Below are positions 26,015 through 41,671 of a DNA stretch of 64,000 bases, piece by piece. The notes below the pieces were generated by a model, which saw only the letters and a list, made by a program, of their open reading frames with translations, did no database searches and had not been told where the DNA came from. Source of the DNA: Octopus vulgaris (lineage: Eukaryota); the NCBI GenBank assembly GCA_951406725.2, contig OX597833.1, positions 744,001-808,000 of the forward strand. The letters are read 5' to 3'. The position numbers and the translations under genes were made by a program. Position 1 is the first letter of the stretch, and each line of letters opens with the position of its first letter.

Positions 26015-28889
26015 ACAACAACAACAACAGCTGCAGCTGCACCAACATCCGTCGATGCACTTACAACATACACTGCAAGGTGAGTCTGTATATACCTATT
26101 TCTTTACTACCCACAAGGGGCTAAACACAGAGGGGACAAACAAGGACAGGCGAAGGGATTAAGTCGATTACATCGACCCCAGTGCACAACTGGTACTTAA
26201 TTTATCGACCCTCGAAAGGATGAAAGGCAAAGTCGACCATGGCGGAATTTGAACTCAGAACGTAGCGGCAGACGAAATACCGCATGATTGTAGTTCTTTG
26301 AAAGTGTGTAATATGATATTTAAGGTCGGTGACTCGGGTGAGAAGGAATCTGTTAGACTAGATCATAGGTAACTGGAGTGGAGTGTAGGAGATAATTTAT
26401 TACAGTAGGCTATGAGTTGTGGTAAGTAAGGAGAGGTCATAAAACAATTAAGGATAAGGGAAAAAAAGTCTGTTTTGTGTATGTCGGACACTTGTATATG
26501 TTAACATATGTACACTTTTTTTTGTATTTAAAATATTTAATACTTTTTGACTATCGACTTGTCTAACTTGCTTGTCCTTTCATTTACTCCTCTACATGCT
26601 CAGGGTTAAATCTCTTGGATACTACGAAGGGTATTCTATACGCAGAATATCCATCCATCCATCCACCCATCCATCCATCTATCCACCCATCCACCCATCC
26701 ACCCAAGAATTTATGCGCCATGGAAACCGGGAAACTGGCCCTTGTTAGTTGGCGTCGGCATGACTCGACAATGTAATTTTACCTTACCTTAATTTGGGTG
26801 CATCCAGTGCAGGGTGGCGCAGTGACCAGAGAGTCACTGGATGCTTCCGGTGCACAGTGACCAGGTATACACAGCCGTCTTTAACCTAATCTTCTCACTA
26901 GCCTTCAGCAGGTCTCAATAAAGGCATTCATTTGCCATATCTTGCTGCTGTTTCACACTTAGGACATTGATAATTTCAAAGGGTGGTTAATTAGCAAAAA
27001 AAAAAAACCCAAATATGACCACCCCCAAATATCACAATATACTCTTTTACTCTTTTACTTGTTTCAGTCATTTGACTGCGGCCATGCTGGAGCACCGCCT
27101 TTAATCGTGCAACTCGACCCCAGGACTTATTCTTTGTAAGCCCAGTACTTATTCTATCGGTCTCTTTTGCAGAACCGCTAAGTGACGGGGACATAAACAC
27201 ACCAGCATTGGTTGTCAAGCAATGCTAGGGGGACAAACACGGACACACAAACACACACACGAAAAGCTCTATCTGCCACGATTTCATCTCAATCGAAGGA
27301 GAGGGGCTTTCTCCGTCCGGGTTGCGGATCCGAGGAATAAGCTGCCGGACGAGATGGTGAAGATGCCGACGACCGCTCGGTTTAAAGTCTCCCTTGACCA
27401 CAAGTGGCCTGAACTCTTTACATGAACACCACCCTGTACATAACTCCATGTCCCCCTACATGGCCTTGCTTTTTGCTTTTTGAGCCAAAAAATTAACTAA
27501 CTAACTAACTAACATATACATATGTTAGGCGCAGGAGTGGCTGTGTGGTAAGTAGCTTGCTAACCAACCACATGGTTCCAGGTTCAGCTCTGGGCCGATC
27601 AATGCCTTGTGAGTGGATTTGGTAGATGGAAACTGAAAGAAGCCTGTCGTATATATATATGTGTGTCTGTTTGTGTGTCTGTGTTTGTCCCCCTAGCATT
27701 GCTTGACAACCGATGCTGGTGTGTTTACGTCCCCGTCACTTAGCGGTTCGGCAAAAGAGACCGATAGAATAAGTACTGGGCTTACAAAGAATAAGTCCCG
27801 GGGTCGATTTGCTCGACTAAAGGCAGTGCTCCAGCATGGCCGCAGTCAAATGACTGAAACAAGTAAAAAAGAGAAAAGAGAAAGAGATATATATGATGGG
27901 CTTCTTTCAGTTTCCGTCTACCAAATCCACTCACAAGGCTTTGGTCGGCCCGAGGCTTTAGTAGAAGACACTTGCCCAAGGTGCCACGCAGTGGGACTGA
28001 ACCCGGAACCATGTGGTTGGTAAGCAAGCTACTTACCACACAGCCACTCCGGCGCCTATATATATTTATGTATTTCTTTGTATATGTATTTTATCATTTT
28101 ATCTCTTTGTTTCTCCCTTTCTCTCCATCTTTCTACAGCGAACGATGCAACGGTTGATGGTGAAGTTGCTCCCGGTTACGGCGTTTCCCATACGACTACA
28201 CCCACGCCTCCACCGCCTCTTCCTCCTCGCACGGACCAGCTGGTCAAGGGAGGCGACTCCAGTAGACCGATGCACTCCGCCAAAGTGAAACTGCTGCAGC
28301 TTCCTTGGCAAAAAGTTGTTACAAATCCAGGTAACGTGAATTGCTAATCATGCAGAAATTGCTGCTGCTATGGCTACTGCTGTTGCTTTGTTGAGTGCGA
28401 GGGTTGTGACGACGACGACGATGATGATAATGATAATGCTGAAAGAATACACATTCAATATGAATGCTTGATATGTATTTCTATAAGCAATATACCACAC
28501 TCTTTATAAATATATATATATATATATGTATGTATGTATATTTTTATATTTATATATTATTTTATTTATTAAGTAATTAATTAATTAATTAATTAATTTA
28601 TTTATTTATTTATTTTTTTAAAATATATATTTAAAATAAAAACAAAAAAATAAAAAATAAATAAATAAATAAATTAATTAATAAATAAAATAATATATAA
28701 ATATAAAAATATACATACATATATATATATATATTTGTATATATATATATAAAATTTATAAGTTGAAATTATTTAAATAATTTTTTAATTTTTAACTTTA
28801 TATTTTTAAATTAATTTTATGTATTGGCTTATGTTTTTCATTGTTTGATTTGCATAATAGTGGTTTTATCTCTAATTTAATATAATATA

Positions 28890-28941
<52 letters not shown>

Positions 28942-31522
28942 AATAAATGTTTTTATATATAAAGAACGTGAAATACAGGAAGGGACGAACACGGAACACA
29001 GACAAATCATTCGAAGCCTTCAATCTTCAGTCAGACACCGAATCATCATAGCAAATTTCGGAGACGCAAGTGACAAGTGACAAGAACAGGACGTAAAAGC
29101 AATACAAATGAAGAAAAAACAGTACAAATAAGGAATAACAGGACAGGGAACCAATGCGTTCTAACTAATTTTTCCACTGTCTAGGCCTAAAAAAGCCCTT
29201 ATTGTTGGTTCCCTGTCCTGTTATTCCGTAGTTGTCCTGTTTTTTCTACTGTTTTTTCTTCATTTGTATTGCTTTTTCGTTCTGTTCTTGTCACTTGTTT
29301 TACCCCTCTGCAAAAGAATTTTATTTAATTCCTTTTGCAGGAAGGACTGCTTCGGGGTGGTCGTGTTCTGCCCTTACCTTCGAAACACACTTTGAGTTGA
29401 ACCAGGGGCAGCTGATGAAGGGAAATTTTCCTTGTATTGTTTGTCCTGTACTCTGTTTTTTCGTTGTTAAAAAAAGTCCGTTTCCTTGTTTGATTTTATG
29501 TTTTCGTTTCTCGTTGTGTTCTATGTTTATTTGTGGTGTTCTGTACTCATATATATATATATATATGCTTGTATATATACATATAGATGTAAGTATGTAC
29601 ATATATGTATGTATATATACTTATATTTTATTTATTTATTATATTGTTTTATATATATATATATATATATGTTAGTGTGTGTGTGTGTATAAGGCATGAC
29701 CTACATGCAATATAAACCATGATATAAATACCTGTGACCGAACAATGCAAAGATCAAATACGTTATATTATCTACACTACGGCCATTGTATCCTCTTTCT
29801 ATGACCGTATCGTACAACTAATGTGAAAAAAATTGCTACTATTTAATTCTATGAGGGCGGGTCACCTATTGGCCCAGAATCTAAAACTTTGTTGCTGACT
29901 CATGTTTCCGAGCCCCTGTGTCAGTACAACATTACACATTACATTACAAAGCATTTCTCAGTCCGTTACCAGCAAGGTTTATTAAACCTGTTGTTGCACA
30001 TTTTTTGATGTTATTCTTCTTGTCGTCGCCGTCGTCGTCCTTTGTAACCATTAAAGTATTTTTCCAATTGTTGTTGATTTTCTTTTCATTTTTTTTTTTT
30101 TTTTTTTTGCAGACAACAATAATTCCAAAAGTGTTGTCTGGAATACATTGGCGGAAACAGAAGTTGACACTTGTGAACTCGATAGGTAACTGCAGCACTT
30201 GGATCTTTTCCTTTTGAATGGCAGATGTCAACACAATTTCTAGTAAACTAAAAAATGTTTAACTTCGTATACTGGTAGAATGTGTTTATAAAACATCATT
30301 TTCTCTTGGTTTTATTGAGAAAATTCTATAGTTTGTAAGATATTTCGTCTGAAAATCTGAGCATTTCGGCAATTTTAACCAATCGATTACCTCCATTCAA
30401 CTAAAATCATTTGCTGTGTCTAAAACTGAGACAACATCCTGTAACTAACCCTAAACCTCCCCCCTAACCCTAACCCTAATTTTTTTTTCTTAATTGTTAA
30501 ATTAATTTAATTCCATTGCTTTAGTTTTTTTTACATGCGTAACAATTAAATTAATTTAACAATTAAGAAAAAAAAATTTTGGGTTAGGGTAAGGGTTAGG
30601 GGGGAGGTTTAGGGTTAGTTACAGGATGTTGTCTCAGTTTTAGATGCAGCAAATGATTTTAGCTCAAAAGAGAGCATAGGATTGGTTAAAATTCGAAAAA
30701 TTAAACTACGTTAAACAAACAAATTACAATTTTCTCAAGAAAGCCAAGAGAAAAAAATGTTTTATTTTGACACATTCTACCAGTATACGAAGTTTTAAAG
30801 TGTTTAGTTAACTAGAAATTGTCTGTAAGTGTGTGTGTGTGTGTATGTATGTATATATATTTCGTTTTGAGATTTGCTTTGCAAGATTCTTTATGTGAGT
30901 TCGTGTGTTGAAGCATATTCTGTTGTGTCTGGGGAGAGTCATTTTCTTTTTGTGCCTTATAATGTAACACACTCACCGGTAAAATTTCCACTATTTTCTT
31001 ATTTATATTTTCCTAAAATTTTCGTTGCGTCTTGCAACCTTTTCAATAGTCTTGACTCTATATATCTTAGTTTTAATTTTATTTATTTTTTCTTTATATA
31101 TATATAGACTTTTTGAAAAATCTTCGCAAAAGTCCTCTTCTTCCATTCAAAACTTGTACGATGATATTTGCTACCGCTGTCGGTCCCGGAAATCTCATGT
31201 AAGTCTTCCAGTTCTTAAATTAAACCTTTATCCCATCTGTGAGGTCTTTGCCTGTCTGCGCACACTCTGAGACTCACCGTTTTTATAAACAATTCTTTCG
31301 TTATCTTTTGTCTGTTGTTATTGATGACGACGATGATGATGATGATGTTGTTGTTATTGTTGTTCTTTTTCTTCTTCTTCTTCTTCTTCTTCATTATACT
31401 TAATTGTATGTATGTAATGATTATATAGACAACGATGTTTATATTTTAGCTGTGGAAATTTTGAAATATCAGTAAAATTTTTGATCCATATACATACATA
31501 CATATATATGTATATCTATCTA

Positions 31523-31554
<32 letters not shown>

Positions 31555-31572
31555 CCTGACCGTCCGTCCGTT

Positions 31573-31609
<37 letters not shown>

Positions 31610-31678
31610 GTCTATCTATCTATCTATCTCTGTCTGTCTGTCTGTCTGATCGTCCGTCCATCCGTCTGTCTGTCTGTT

Positions 31679-31720
<42 letters not shown>

Positions 31721-33010
31721 GCTATCTGTCTGTCTGTCTCTCTATCTATAACCTTAAAATCAGCACCAAGCAGTGTTTAGGCGAAAGCGACTTTTATGTT
31801 ACTTAATATTTGCAACATATTTCAACTGCTAAAAGGCAAATTCACTTACGTGGCGAAAAATTCTCTCTTATGGTAAAAAGGTGTAAAAACACCATACCTG
31901 TCCAGTGTCACCTCCTGTCGAATTCCCAGATATTGATGTTTCTAGCTCTTTAGCCATTTGTCAATGGGAACTGCCTAAGAGAGGCAACTCTGAACAGACC
32001 TTATCAAAGCCATGTCTTTATCTAAAATACAGTCAACACCATTGACTGATTTGCGACAGTAAACCGTTGAGGTTGTGGAAATTACTGTAATATCAGCGCC
32101 AAGTTGAGAAATTTTTCTCCATAGCAACTGCCGTGAATTTGTCTTTTAAAAGTTAAAATATGTCCCAAACATATTTTAACTAACCTAAAGTTCGCTTATG
32201 CCTAAACACCGCTTGGCATGGATATTACCGTAAACCGCTGATATTATGGTACATATTAGAGTTGAAAATTGTATATGTATATATATATATACATATCATC
32301 ATCATCATCATCATCATCGAATTATCCTTTGTTTACCGTTAACATGGAAAATTCAATAAACAGTTACCAGGGTAGCAAAATTCATGCAAGTAACAAGGAT
32401 GTAGCGACCTATTCAAAGGTAGAAACTCCGGGTTAATGTGCAGTAATTTGTGTAGTATAAGTAAATAAATGGAGTTGAACACAGGTGTTATTAAAATTCT
32501 TTTACTTTCGACATATGTTTCGAAGACAACATTGGTTTTATTCCAAAGGAATAAACGGTGTAAAAGGCAATCAGGAAAGAAAGAGAAAGTATCCTTTTGA
32601 ATAAAACCAACGTAGTCTTCAAAACATATGTCGAAAGTAAAAGAATTTGAATAGCATCTGCATTCAACTCCATTTATATATATATATATATTCACTGTCC
32701 ATATATTTATTAATCTTACAGTTGAGCTCAACCTTAGATCCGGTGAAGAATCAAGAAATGGTCCTACACATGAAACAAATCAAGTGTACCTATGGGGACA
32801 TAGTCCAAGCTTTGTTGACCCTGTCAATAGAGACCCTACGGTTCGCAAATCCTATCAGGTAATTTCATTCTTTATCCAAACTGGATGATACGAACAGTTG
32901 CTCTCTCTCTCTCCTTGTCTCTTACGTGTACACATATATACATACACGCGGACACACACGCATGCTCACATATATAATGATAATGCGGCGATATCTATAT
33001 ATGTAACTGA

Positions 33011-33071
<61 letters not shown>

Positions 33072-33448
33072 TAGCAGTATCGCCCGGCGTTGCTCGGGTT
33101 TGTTTCGACCCTTTAGAATTGGAATTTTTGAAAAGTAAAAATGTTGCATTATGTAGCTTGTTATTCTCTTTAAGTGAACATTTTTCTGGTTGAAATACAC
33201 CGGAAAATGGCGACACAGCAGTAAAAAAATCGTAAAAAATAGGGATTTTCATAGAAAAAAATGCAGCTTTTTGATGTAAATAATTTTTGGTGTTAACATG
33301 GTCCGATTGGAATTTTATCTTCTACGAAGGAAGAGCAAGCCTTCTTCTATCATACTCTCAATTTTGGTCAACTTGCGCCGCAGGGTCTTGGAGGAGATAG
33401 TGTTAGTTGAAGGCTACCAAACCTACCATACACAGACAACTTCAGCTT

Positions 33449-33487
<39 letters not shown>

Positions 33488-35802
33488 ACGTATGCCCTTC
33501 CAGTTTTCTCTTCTCCTCTTGTAGTATTGTAAGCTACGCTCTTCGCTTCCTATGGTACATAGGCACTAGCGTAGCTAGAATGTGTGCTGTCCAGTGCAGC
33601 CCTTCCATTTGCCTACCCGGTACCCCACAAAAAAGATATATTGCCTCTAGCAATAACCTACGGCAGGATGAAAAGTGCCACCCGGGGCAGATCACCTCTA
33701 CCGCTCTCCCACCCCTAGCTACGCTAATGAGCATTGGCCATCGACGACTTTTCTCCACCATTTCGACTCTGAACTGTATTTTTTTCCCCTCATGTTGGGA
33801 TTCCTGTTTTTTCCAGTTTTGCCTCAGTATCCCACCTGTACCTACTTTCATAGCATCCTTTTTTTCTCTGCCTTCTCTGTGGGTTTCAGGTCAGTACTTG
33901 ATATGAAGCGCAGGATGCTAGTTTATTTTGCTGTATCGCATCATATGTTTCTCTGAGCAAAGGCCTTCTTCTCCCAGTTCATGCTACTTTGAATTCCCAT
34001 CAATGCTTCTTTAATTTTACTTTTTTCATAGGTAGGACCATTGCTTTCTGCAAACCCATTTTTATATCTGAGAAGAGGTGGTTTATATTAGTTTGGCTTC
34101 TACCCTTTGAACTGCACAGTAGCTTATACTCTGCCGACATAACTTTCGTGGTCACTGTGGCACCCAAGACACCACACCGTTACAAGGACTGGACCTTGTG
34201 ATACATTGAGTAAATGGTATGGCTGGATGGTTAGGAGATTCACTTCAAAACCATCTGATCCCAAGTTCGATTCTACTGTGTAGCATCTTGGGAAAATGTC
34301 TTTTTTCGTAGCTTCGGGTCGAGTTTAACACTGTCAGTGGATTTAGACAGACGGAAACTGTGTGGAAGTCTGAGATACACTGACTCTACTTGAAAATTAC
34401 TTTAATGGTGTACTGTCCATGGAATACTCAGCCCCTTTGTACATAAATTTAGGGAGTAGGTCATCTAGTTGATAGAACAACTGACACTAACCGGTCGAAA
34501 TCGAACAACTGACGTTAATTGGTCAAAATCCAACAACTGGCACTAATTAGTCAAAGTTGAACAACAGACGTTAATTAGTTGAAATTCATTGTCATCTCGG
34601 TTTATATTAATCTTCCTTGTCATCCCCATTGTTATCGTTGACCCCAACTTAGGCCTGATCAAGCAAACATTTATAATCAAAGATATCCCTACAGCGACTC
34701 TCTTATCATTTCCAGGTACTTTTTTTCCAGTTTACTTTTTTTTTCTTTTTCATAAGACACCAAGTTGGAATTCGTTGCAGAATTAGACCGAGAGTCAGTC
34801 CTGATTTGATTAGACTTGAAGCGCCAAAAATACTGGCAAAGCATACCTAAAATGGTTCTTAAGTGACATGAATAGATTCAGTTAGGTTTAGTGAACATTT
34901 CTGCGAAGTAATTGACGCTGGAGCAGAAAGTCTACTTAATTTCTAATTGTCTAATTAAAACTTCTTAATTTGTCTTTCCATACCCGTTTTCTTTTTCTTA
35001 AGTTTTCATTTAAGTATCACTTGTGTCTAAAGAGTAATATTCAATGTGATTCATTACTGGAGCTTAAAGTCTAATTAAATTAGTTATTTACGCAAGTTGA
35101 TTATCTCATAATTAATTAATCCATTCCTAAGCATACTTAAGAATCACGTTTCATGGTATTAGGACCATTTGTACACATATTGTGCCCTGCGAGTATTTTG
35201 GAGCTTCAAGTCTAATCAAATCAGGACTGGCTCCTGCATTAAATTTTCTACCATTTTTGGCAGGCATAACGTCCACGTAGAATCCTTACATTGATTAAAT
35301 TAAAACAGTTGTAATCTTATTTTGCAGTTTAGCTGAGCTTTTTCATCTGATGTCAACTGGAAGAGACCCTGAACAAATCAACAGAAGAGATAGACAAATA
35401 TCCAATTGTAAGTAGCTTTACATACCGGTTTCTTTTCTCCAACCGATATTCACTATAATGTTTCATTGTTATATGTGATGCGTTGACACATGTCTTACAT
35501 GTAAACATATAACATGACTGTGTGGTACAAAGTTTGCTTCTAAATCACATGGTTCCGGTTTCAGTCCCACTACGTGGCACCTTGACTAGAGTCTTCTAAT
35601 CTAGCCCCAAGCCGAATTGTGATTGAATTTGATAGATGGAAACTTAAAGAAACCTGTCCCACATATATTTATAAACTTCAAATTTATAGAAAACAAAAGA
35701 CGAACATAGGTGAGACAAAGCAGGTGTATTAGTTTCAGATTCGGAAAGCGTAGAAAAGTCTTTAATGTTTCGAGTATACGCTCTTTGACAGAAAGCGATA
35801 AG

Positions 35803-35847
<45 letters not shown>

Positions 35848-35980
35848 ATACTTTATAATTAGGGTTCAACAACGATTTATAAAGTATTACTTAAGCTTAC
35901 CATGAAATGGTCTTTTTCATGCCGAATTCTTCTTGGAGAAATTACTGATTACTTCTTAATTAATTAATTTTACCCTTTGT

Positions 35981-36024
<44 letters not shown>

Positions 36025-36574
36025 GCATAAATACAAACAAACACACACATAAACACACACAGACACACACACTATGTATGACATATATACATACATATAT
36101 ACTCGTGAAATATTCATATACACTCGTTAGCTAATTTTTCTATCTTCGATCGCATTGTTTACATTGAGAGATATTCGCATACGAACCATCGTAACTTTCT
36201 GTGCAGGCTCTAAATTCTACAGAATATCCACAGAGATAACTTTAAAACGATGCTATTTATTTCAGCACCAATCAACTGCTCGGATTACCTCATGTCGGAA
36301 CTTTCAAGTATGGAATTGTTACGGGAACGGTTAGACTTTCTTCGCTTCAAGCTAAGACTACTGGCAGAAATGTTTGAAACAGGTTCGTATGTGGCCTTCA
36401 CGACTCACTGTTACTGTTGTTGTTGTTGTTGTTGTTGTTATTGTTGTTGATATTGTTGTTATAGTTATTTACAATTATTGTTTTCTTATAGGATCTCCAC
36501 CGTTCATGCATCTGTATATGTTTGTAAGTGTGTATGTACGTATGTATGTATGTATATCTATGTATGTATGTATG

Positions 36575-36608
<34 letters not shown>

Positions 36609-38164
36609 TGTATATCTATGTATTTATGTATGTATGTATTTATGTATGTATGTATATATGTATGTATATCTATGTATTTATGTATGTATGTATATCTATG
36701 TATTTATGTATGTATGTATGTATGTATGTATGTATGTATGTATGTATGTATGTATGTATGTATGTATGTATGTATGTATGTATGTATGTATGTATGTATG
36801 TATGTATGTATGTATGTATGTATGTATGTATGTATGTATGTATGTATGTATGTATGTATGTATGTATGTATGTATGTATGTATGTATGTATGTATGTATG
36901 TATGTATGTATGTATGTATGTATGTATGTATGTATGTATGTATGTATGTATTTGTATGTATGTATGTATATATGTATGTATGTATTTATGTATGTATGTA
37001 TGTATGTATGTATGTATGTATGTATGTATGTGTGTATGTATGTATGTATGTATGTATGTATGTATGTATGTATGAATGTATGTATGTATGTATTTGTATG
37101 TATGTATGTATGTATGTATGTATGTTTGTATGTATGTATGTATGTATGTATGTATTTGTATGTATGTATGTATGTATGTATTATGTATGTATGTATGTAT
37201 GTATGTATGTATGTATGTATGTGCATGTCATTATTCAGTTTATTTCAAGATTTCTTGCCAATTGAGAAAGAACCGGTTTCTAACCTAGATCCAAGGTTCC
37301 TTCACTGGAATTTCAACATCAACTACAGGTATTTTTGTGTGTATGTATGTGTATGTATATGTGTCTGCATGCATGTCAATATACATTTGTGTGGGTATAT
37401 ATGTGTTTGTGTGTGTGTGTGTGTGTTACCATGCATGGGTTTGTCAACAATAAGGCGGCGAGTTTGCGAAATCATCAGTACTTAGAGCAAAAATACTCAT
37501 GTCACTCCGTCTCTTCAGGTTCAAATCCCACCCTGATCATCATCGCTATTTATCCTTTCGACGTCGCTAAAATATACTACCAGTCATATCCCAGGGTCGA
37601 TTATATTGATTCATTGCTTGTCCTCAAAGGTGCTGTTCGTGTTCCTCAATTAAAAACAAATTATTATATCAATCACATTCGACTATTTTATGATTGATCC
37701 TTTTTTTTCCAGACCAACGCCTGCGAGCCGTCCACGCAGCCTGTGATGAATTATACAACAGGTATGAGACTAAATAACATTCCTTCTAAACTGTTTTTCG
37801 TCTATATTTAAAGAAAACGATTGAGAAACTATAAGAACTGTCTCTTTTCTAAAGTTAGGGTACTTGCTTGGTGACTGTGCGTGGTCTAGTGGTTAGAGCG
37901 TCGCGTTCACGGTCGCAAATTCGTGGTTTCGACCCACGAAGTCGTGTCCTTTTTCTTGCTTTTTTTTTCTTTTACTTGTTTCAGTCATTTGACTGCGGCC
38001 ATGCTGGAGCACCGCCTTTAGTCGAGCAAATCGACCCCGGGACTTATTCTTTGTAAGCCCAGTACTTATTCTATCGGTCTCTTTTGCCGAACCGCTAAGT
38101 GACGGGGACGTAAACACACCAGCATCGGTTGTCAAGCAATGCTAGGGGTACAAACACAGGCACA

Positions 38165-38206
<42 letters not shown>

Positions 38207-40906
38207 TATATATATATATACATATATACGACAGGCTTCTTTCAGTTTCCGTCTACCAAATCCACTCACAAGGAATTGGTCGGCCCGGGGCTATAGCAGA
38301 AGACACTTGCTCAAGATGCCACGCAGTGGGACTGAACCCGGAACCATGTGGTTGGTTAGCAAGCTACTTACCACACAGCCACTCCTGCGCCTGTTCGTGA
38401 GCAAAACACTTCGTTTCACATTGCTACAGTCCCGTTCCAATCAGCTCTAAATGTTTGTCCCCTGCAACGGACGGGTGCCTCGTTTAGCGGATATGTTGTG
38501 ATCTTGGTCACTTATGCACCTTGGAAATCAGGTAACCGGACCTATGAGTCCTCAGTCTCGGGACAGTAATATCCAGTGGACTTACAATTAGTATGTCTCA
38601 CAGAGTTCGGTACCCACGAACGGACCAAGGGACCAACAATTCGCATGCTCCACCAATCAACGCATTATGTCCGTGGTCGAAAACACTAAACTTTCATAGG
38701 ATAAGTCTAGCTAGGAGTATGTATGTACAGGGACAACAAAATATTTAATCAGTTTCAATTACTCGTTTATTCTTTTACTTGTTTTAGTCATTTGACTGCG
38801 GCCATGCTGGAGCACCGCCTTTAGTCAAGCAAATCGACCCCAGGACATATTCTTTGTAAGCCCAGTACTTATTCTATCGGACTCTTTTGCGGAACCGCTA
38901 AGTTACGGGGACGTAAACACATCAACATCAGTTGTCAAGCGATGTTGGGAGGACAAACACAGACACACACACAGATATATACATATACATATATACGACA
39001 GGCTTCTTTCAGTTTTCATCTACCAAATCCACTCACAAGACTTTGGTCGGCCCGAGGCTATAGCAGAAGACAACCCAAACCCCCACAAAAAACCTACCAG
39101 TAAATAAAATGCTTTTGAGTGATTTCAGTAGATCTTTTGAAATTCTTGTTTATTTTAGAAATGTGACTGAAATTCTTGGAGCTGCTTATTCTTGCGTTCG
39201 TATTAACCATTCGTCTATTCCCGTCGTCTGTTTCAGTTTACCATTGAAGAATCTTCTGAGTGCCATTGTAAGCGTTGGAAACTATCTCAACAGAGGTTCT
39301 TGTCTCGGTCAAGCAAACGGATTCCTGTTAGACATTCTTCCAAATCTCAAAGACATTTTCGCAAAAGTAAGTCAGAAATAAAAGACCTTTCATCTTTTAT
39401 CATTTATCTCTTGTCATTTACTTATTTACTTGTTTCAGTCATTGGACTGCGGCCATGCTGGAGTAACTGTCTTAAAGTGTTTAGCTGAAGAAATCCCTTC
39501 TTGTTCTTATTAATTAGTAGCCAGGTACATTTTTTTTATCGGGGCCATTTACCGAACCACTAAGTTACGAGCATGTAAACAAATCAACACCTATTTCTTT
39601 ACTACCCACAAGGGGCTAAACATAGAGGGGACAAACAAGGACTGACAAGCGGATTAAGTCGATTATATCGACCCCAGTGCGTAACTGGTACTTATTTAAT
39701 CGACCTCGAGAGGATGAAAGGCAAAGTCGACCTCGGCGGAATTTGAACTCGGAACATAACGACAGACGAAAAACGGCTACGCATTTCGCCCGGCGTGCTA
39801 ACGTTTCTGCCAGCTCGCCACCATCAACACCGGTTATCAAGCGGTGGTGTGGGGGGAAACACACACACACACACACACACACAGACACACACACACACAG
39901 AGTAAATAAGAATAAAATGAATTGAAATTTCAGGGTATCCCTACACGTGTTTCCATAAGATGTTTATTCTAAATACTTATTGGATAACTTATGCAAATTC
40001 GTACTTACACAAACCACCAAACTTTCTTCGCCAAATATATTCCGGCTGACACCTCGCCGAATATTTTAGCGACGTATGACACTTCCATGACAGAAGCAAA
40101 ATTCTACAGCAAAACTTTACGAAGCAAGAATTCAATATCATCATCATCATCATTTAGCGTCCGTTTTCCATGCTAGCATGGGTTGGACGGTTCAACTGGG
40201 GTCTGGGAAGCCAGGAGGCTGCACCAGGCTCCAGTCTTATCTGGCAATGTTTCTACAGCTGGATGCCCTTCCTAACGCCAACCACTCCGTGAGTGTAGTG
40301 GGTGCTTTTTACGTGCCACCCGCACAGGTGTCAGACAGAGCTGGCAAACGGCCACGAACGGATGGTGCTTTTACGTGTCACCGGTACGGGGGCCAGGCGA
40401 GAGGTGAAGATATTTATGTTGGCGATCAATCAAACCTCATCATTTCACGAGTAACCAAACTAGCGTATGTATTTCTTATAAGGGGATCGGTTAGACTTTC
40501 TAATTCCTTTCGTGTCTCATGAAGCCATTAAATCCGCATCTGGAAACCTCTTCAACAAGACTTTGGTCCGAGTAAGATTATTTTACAGAGGCCCAGCGAG
40601 TTGCTCATGCATGATGGCCATTTGTTCTGGAGTGTCTTGCTCCCACATCTCCGTCTGCTGTTTAATCTTTTTTTTTTTTTTTTTTACTTGTTTTCAGTCA
40701 TTTGACTGCGGCCATGCTGGAGCACCGCCTTTGATCGAGCAACTCGACCCCGGGACTTATTCTTTGTAAGCCCAGTACTTATTCTATCGGTCTCTTTTGT
40801 TGAACCGCTAAGTGACGGGGACATAAACACACCAGCATCGGTTGTCAAGCAATGCTAGGGGGACACAAACACAGACACACAAACACACACACAGACACAC
40901 ACACAG

Positions 40907-40937
<31 letters not shown>

Positions 40938-41626
40938 CATATATACGACAGGCTTCTTTCAGTTTCCGTCTACCAAATCCACTCACAAGGCATTGGTCGG
41001 CACGAGGCTATAGTAGAAGACACTTGCCCAAGATGCCACGCAGTGGGACTGAACCCGGAACCATGTGGTTGGTAAGCAAGCTACTTACCACACAGCCACT
41101 CCGTTTTTTTTTTTCTTTGTGATTAAATTGTGATTCCGTCTTTATGCAAATAAAACATACATCGTCTCCCATCTGTGTGAATTTGGCGTACACATCTTTT
41201 AATTGACTGATGTTGGGTTGTCAGATAAATTCATTCGTTTTTTTTTTCTCCCACACATCTTAATCCTTTCTGATGTTATTTGAATTAACGCGAAAAATAT
41301 TTCTTTATTTCTTTATTTTTGCTTAATTTTTTTTTTTATTCAAAAAGTTCTGTTTATCGTTTTTGAAATTTGGATAAATTTCTACCCCTTTTCAATGATG
41401 ATAGAATACCAAGTAAGAAAAAAAGAAACAAAACAAAATCAACAAAAAAAACAAACAAACATAGGCGCAGGAGTGGCTGTGTGGTAAGTAGCTTGCTTAC
41501 CAACCACATGGTTCCGGGTTCAGTCCCACTGCGTGGCATCTTGGGCAAGTGTCTTCTGCTATAGCCCCGGGCAGACCAATGCCTTGTGAGTGGATTTGGT
41601 AGACGGAAACTGAAAGAAGCCTGTCG

Positions 41627-41671
<45 letters not shown>

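Noticed and set aside
29020-29435. CTGAAGA (-) at about 29023 and CTGATGA (+) at about 29412 as hammerheads
   Set aside because: The following hairpins are not followed by GAAA plus stems III and I.
30440-30620. Interstitial telomere or chromosome fusion site
   Set aside because: Only a few repeats, embedded symmetrically in a foldback element.
33490-34190. Possible decayed gag zinc-knuckle sequence on the minus strand; 202-aa ORF on +
   Set aside because: Too degenerate to read a CCHC motif; the + ORF runs through a Helitron and a microsatellite.
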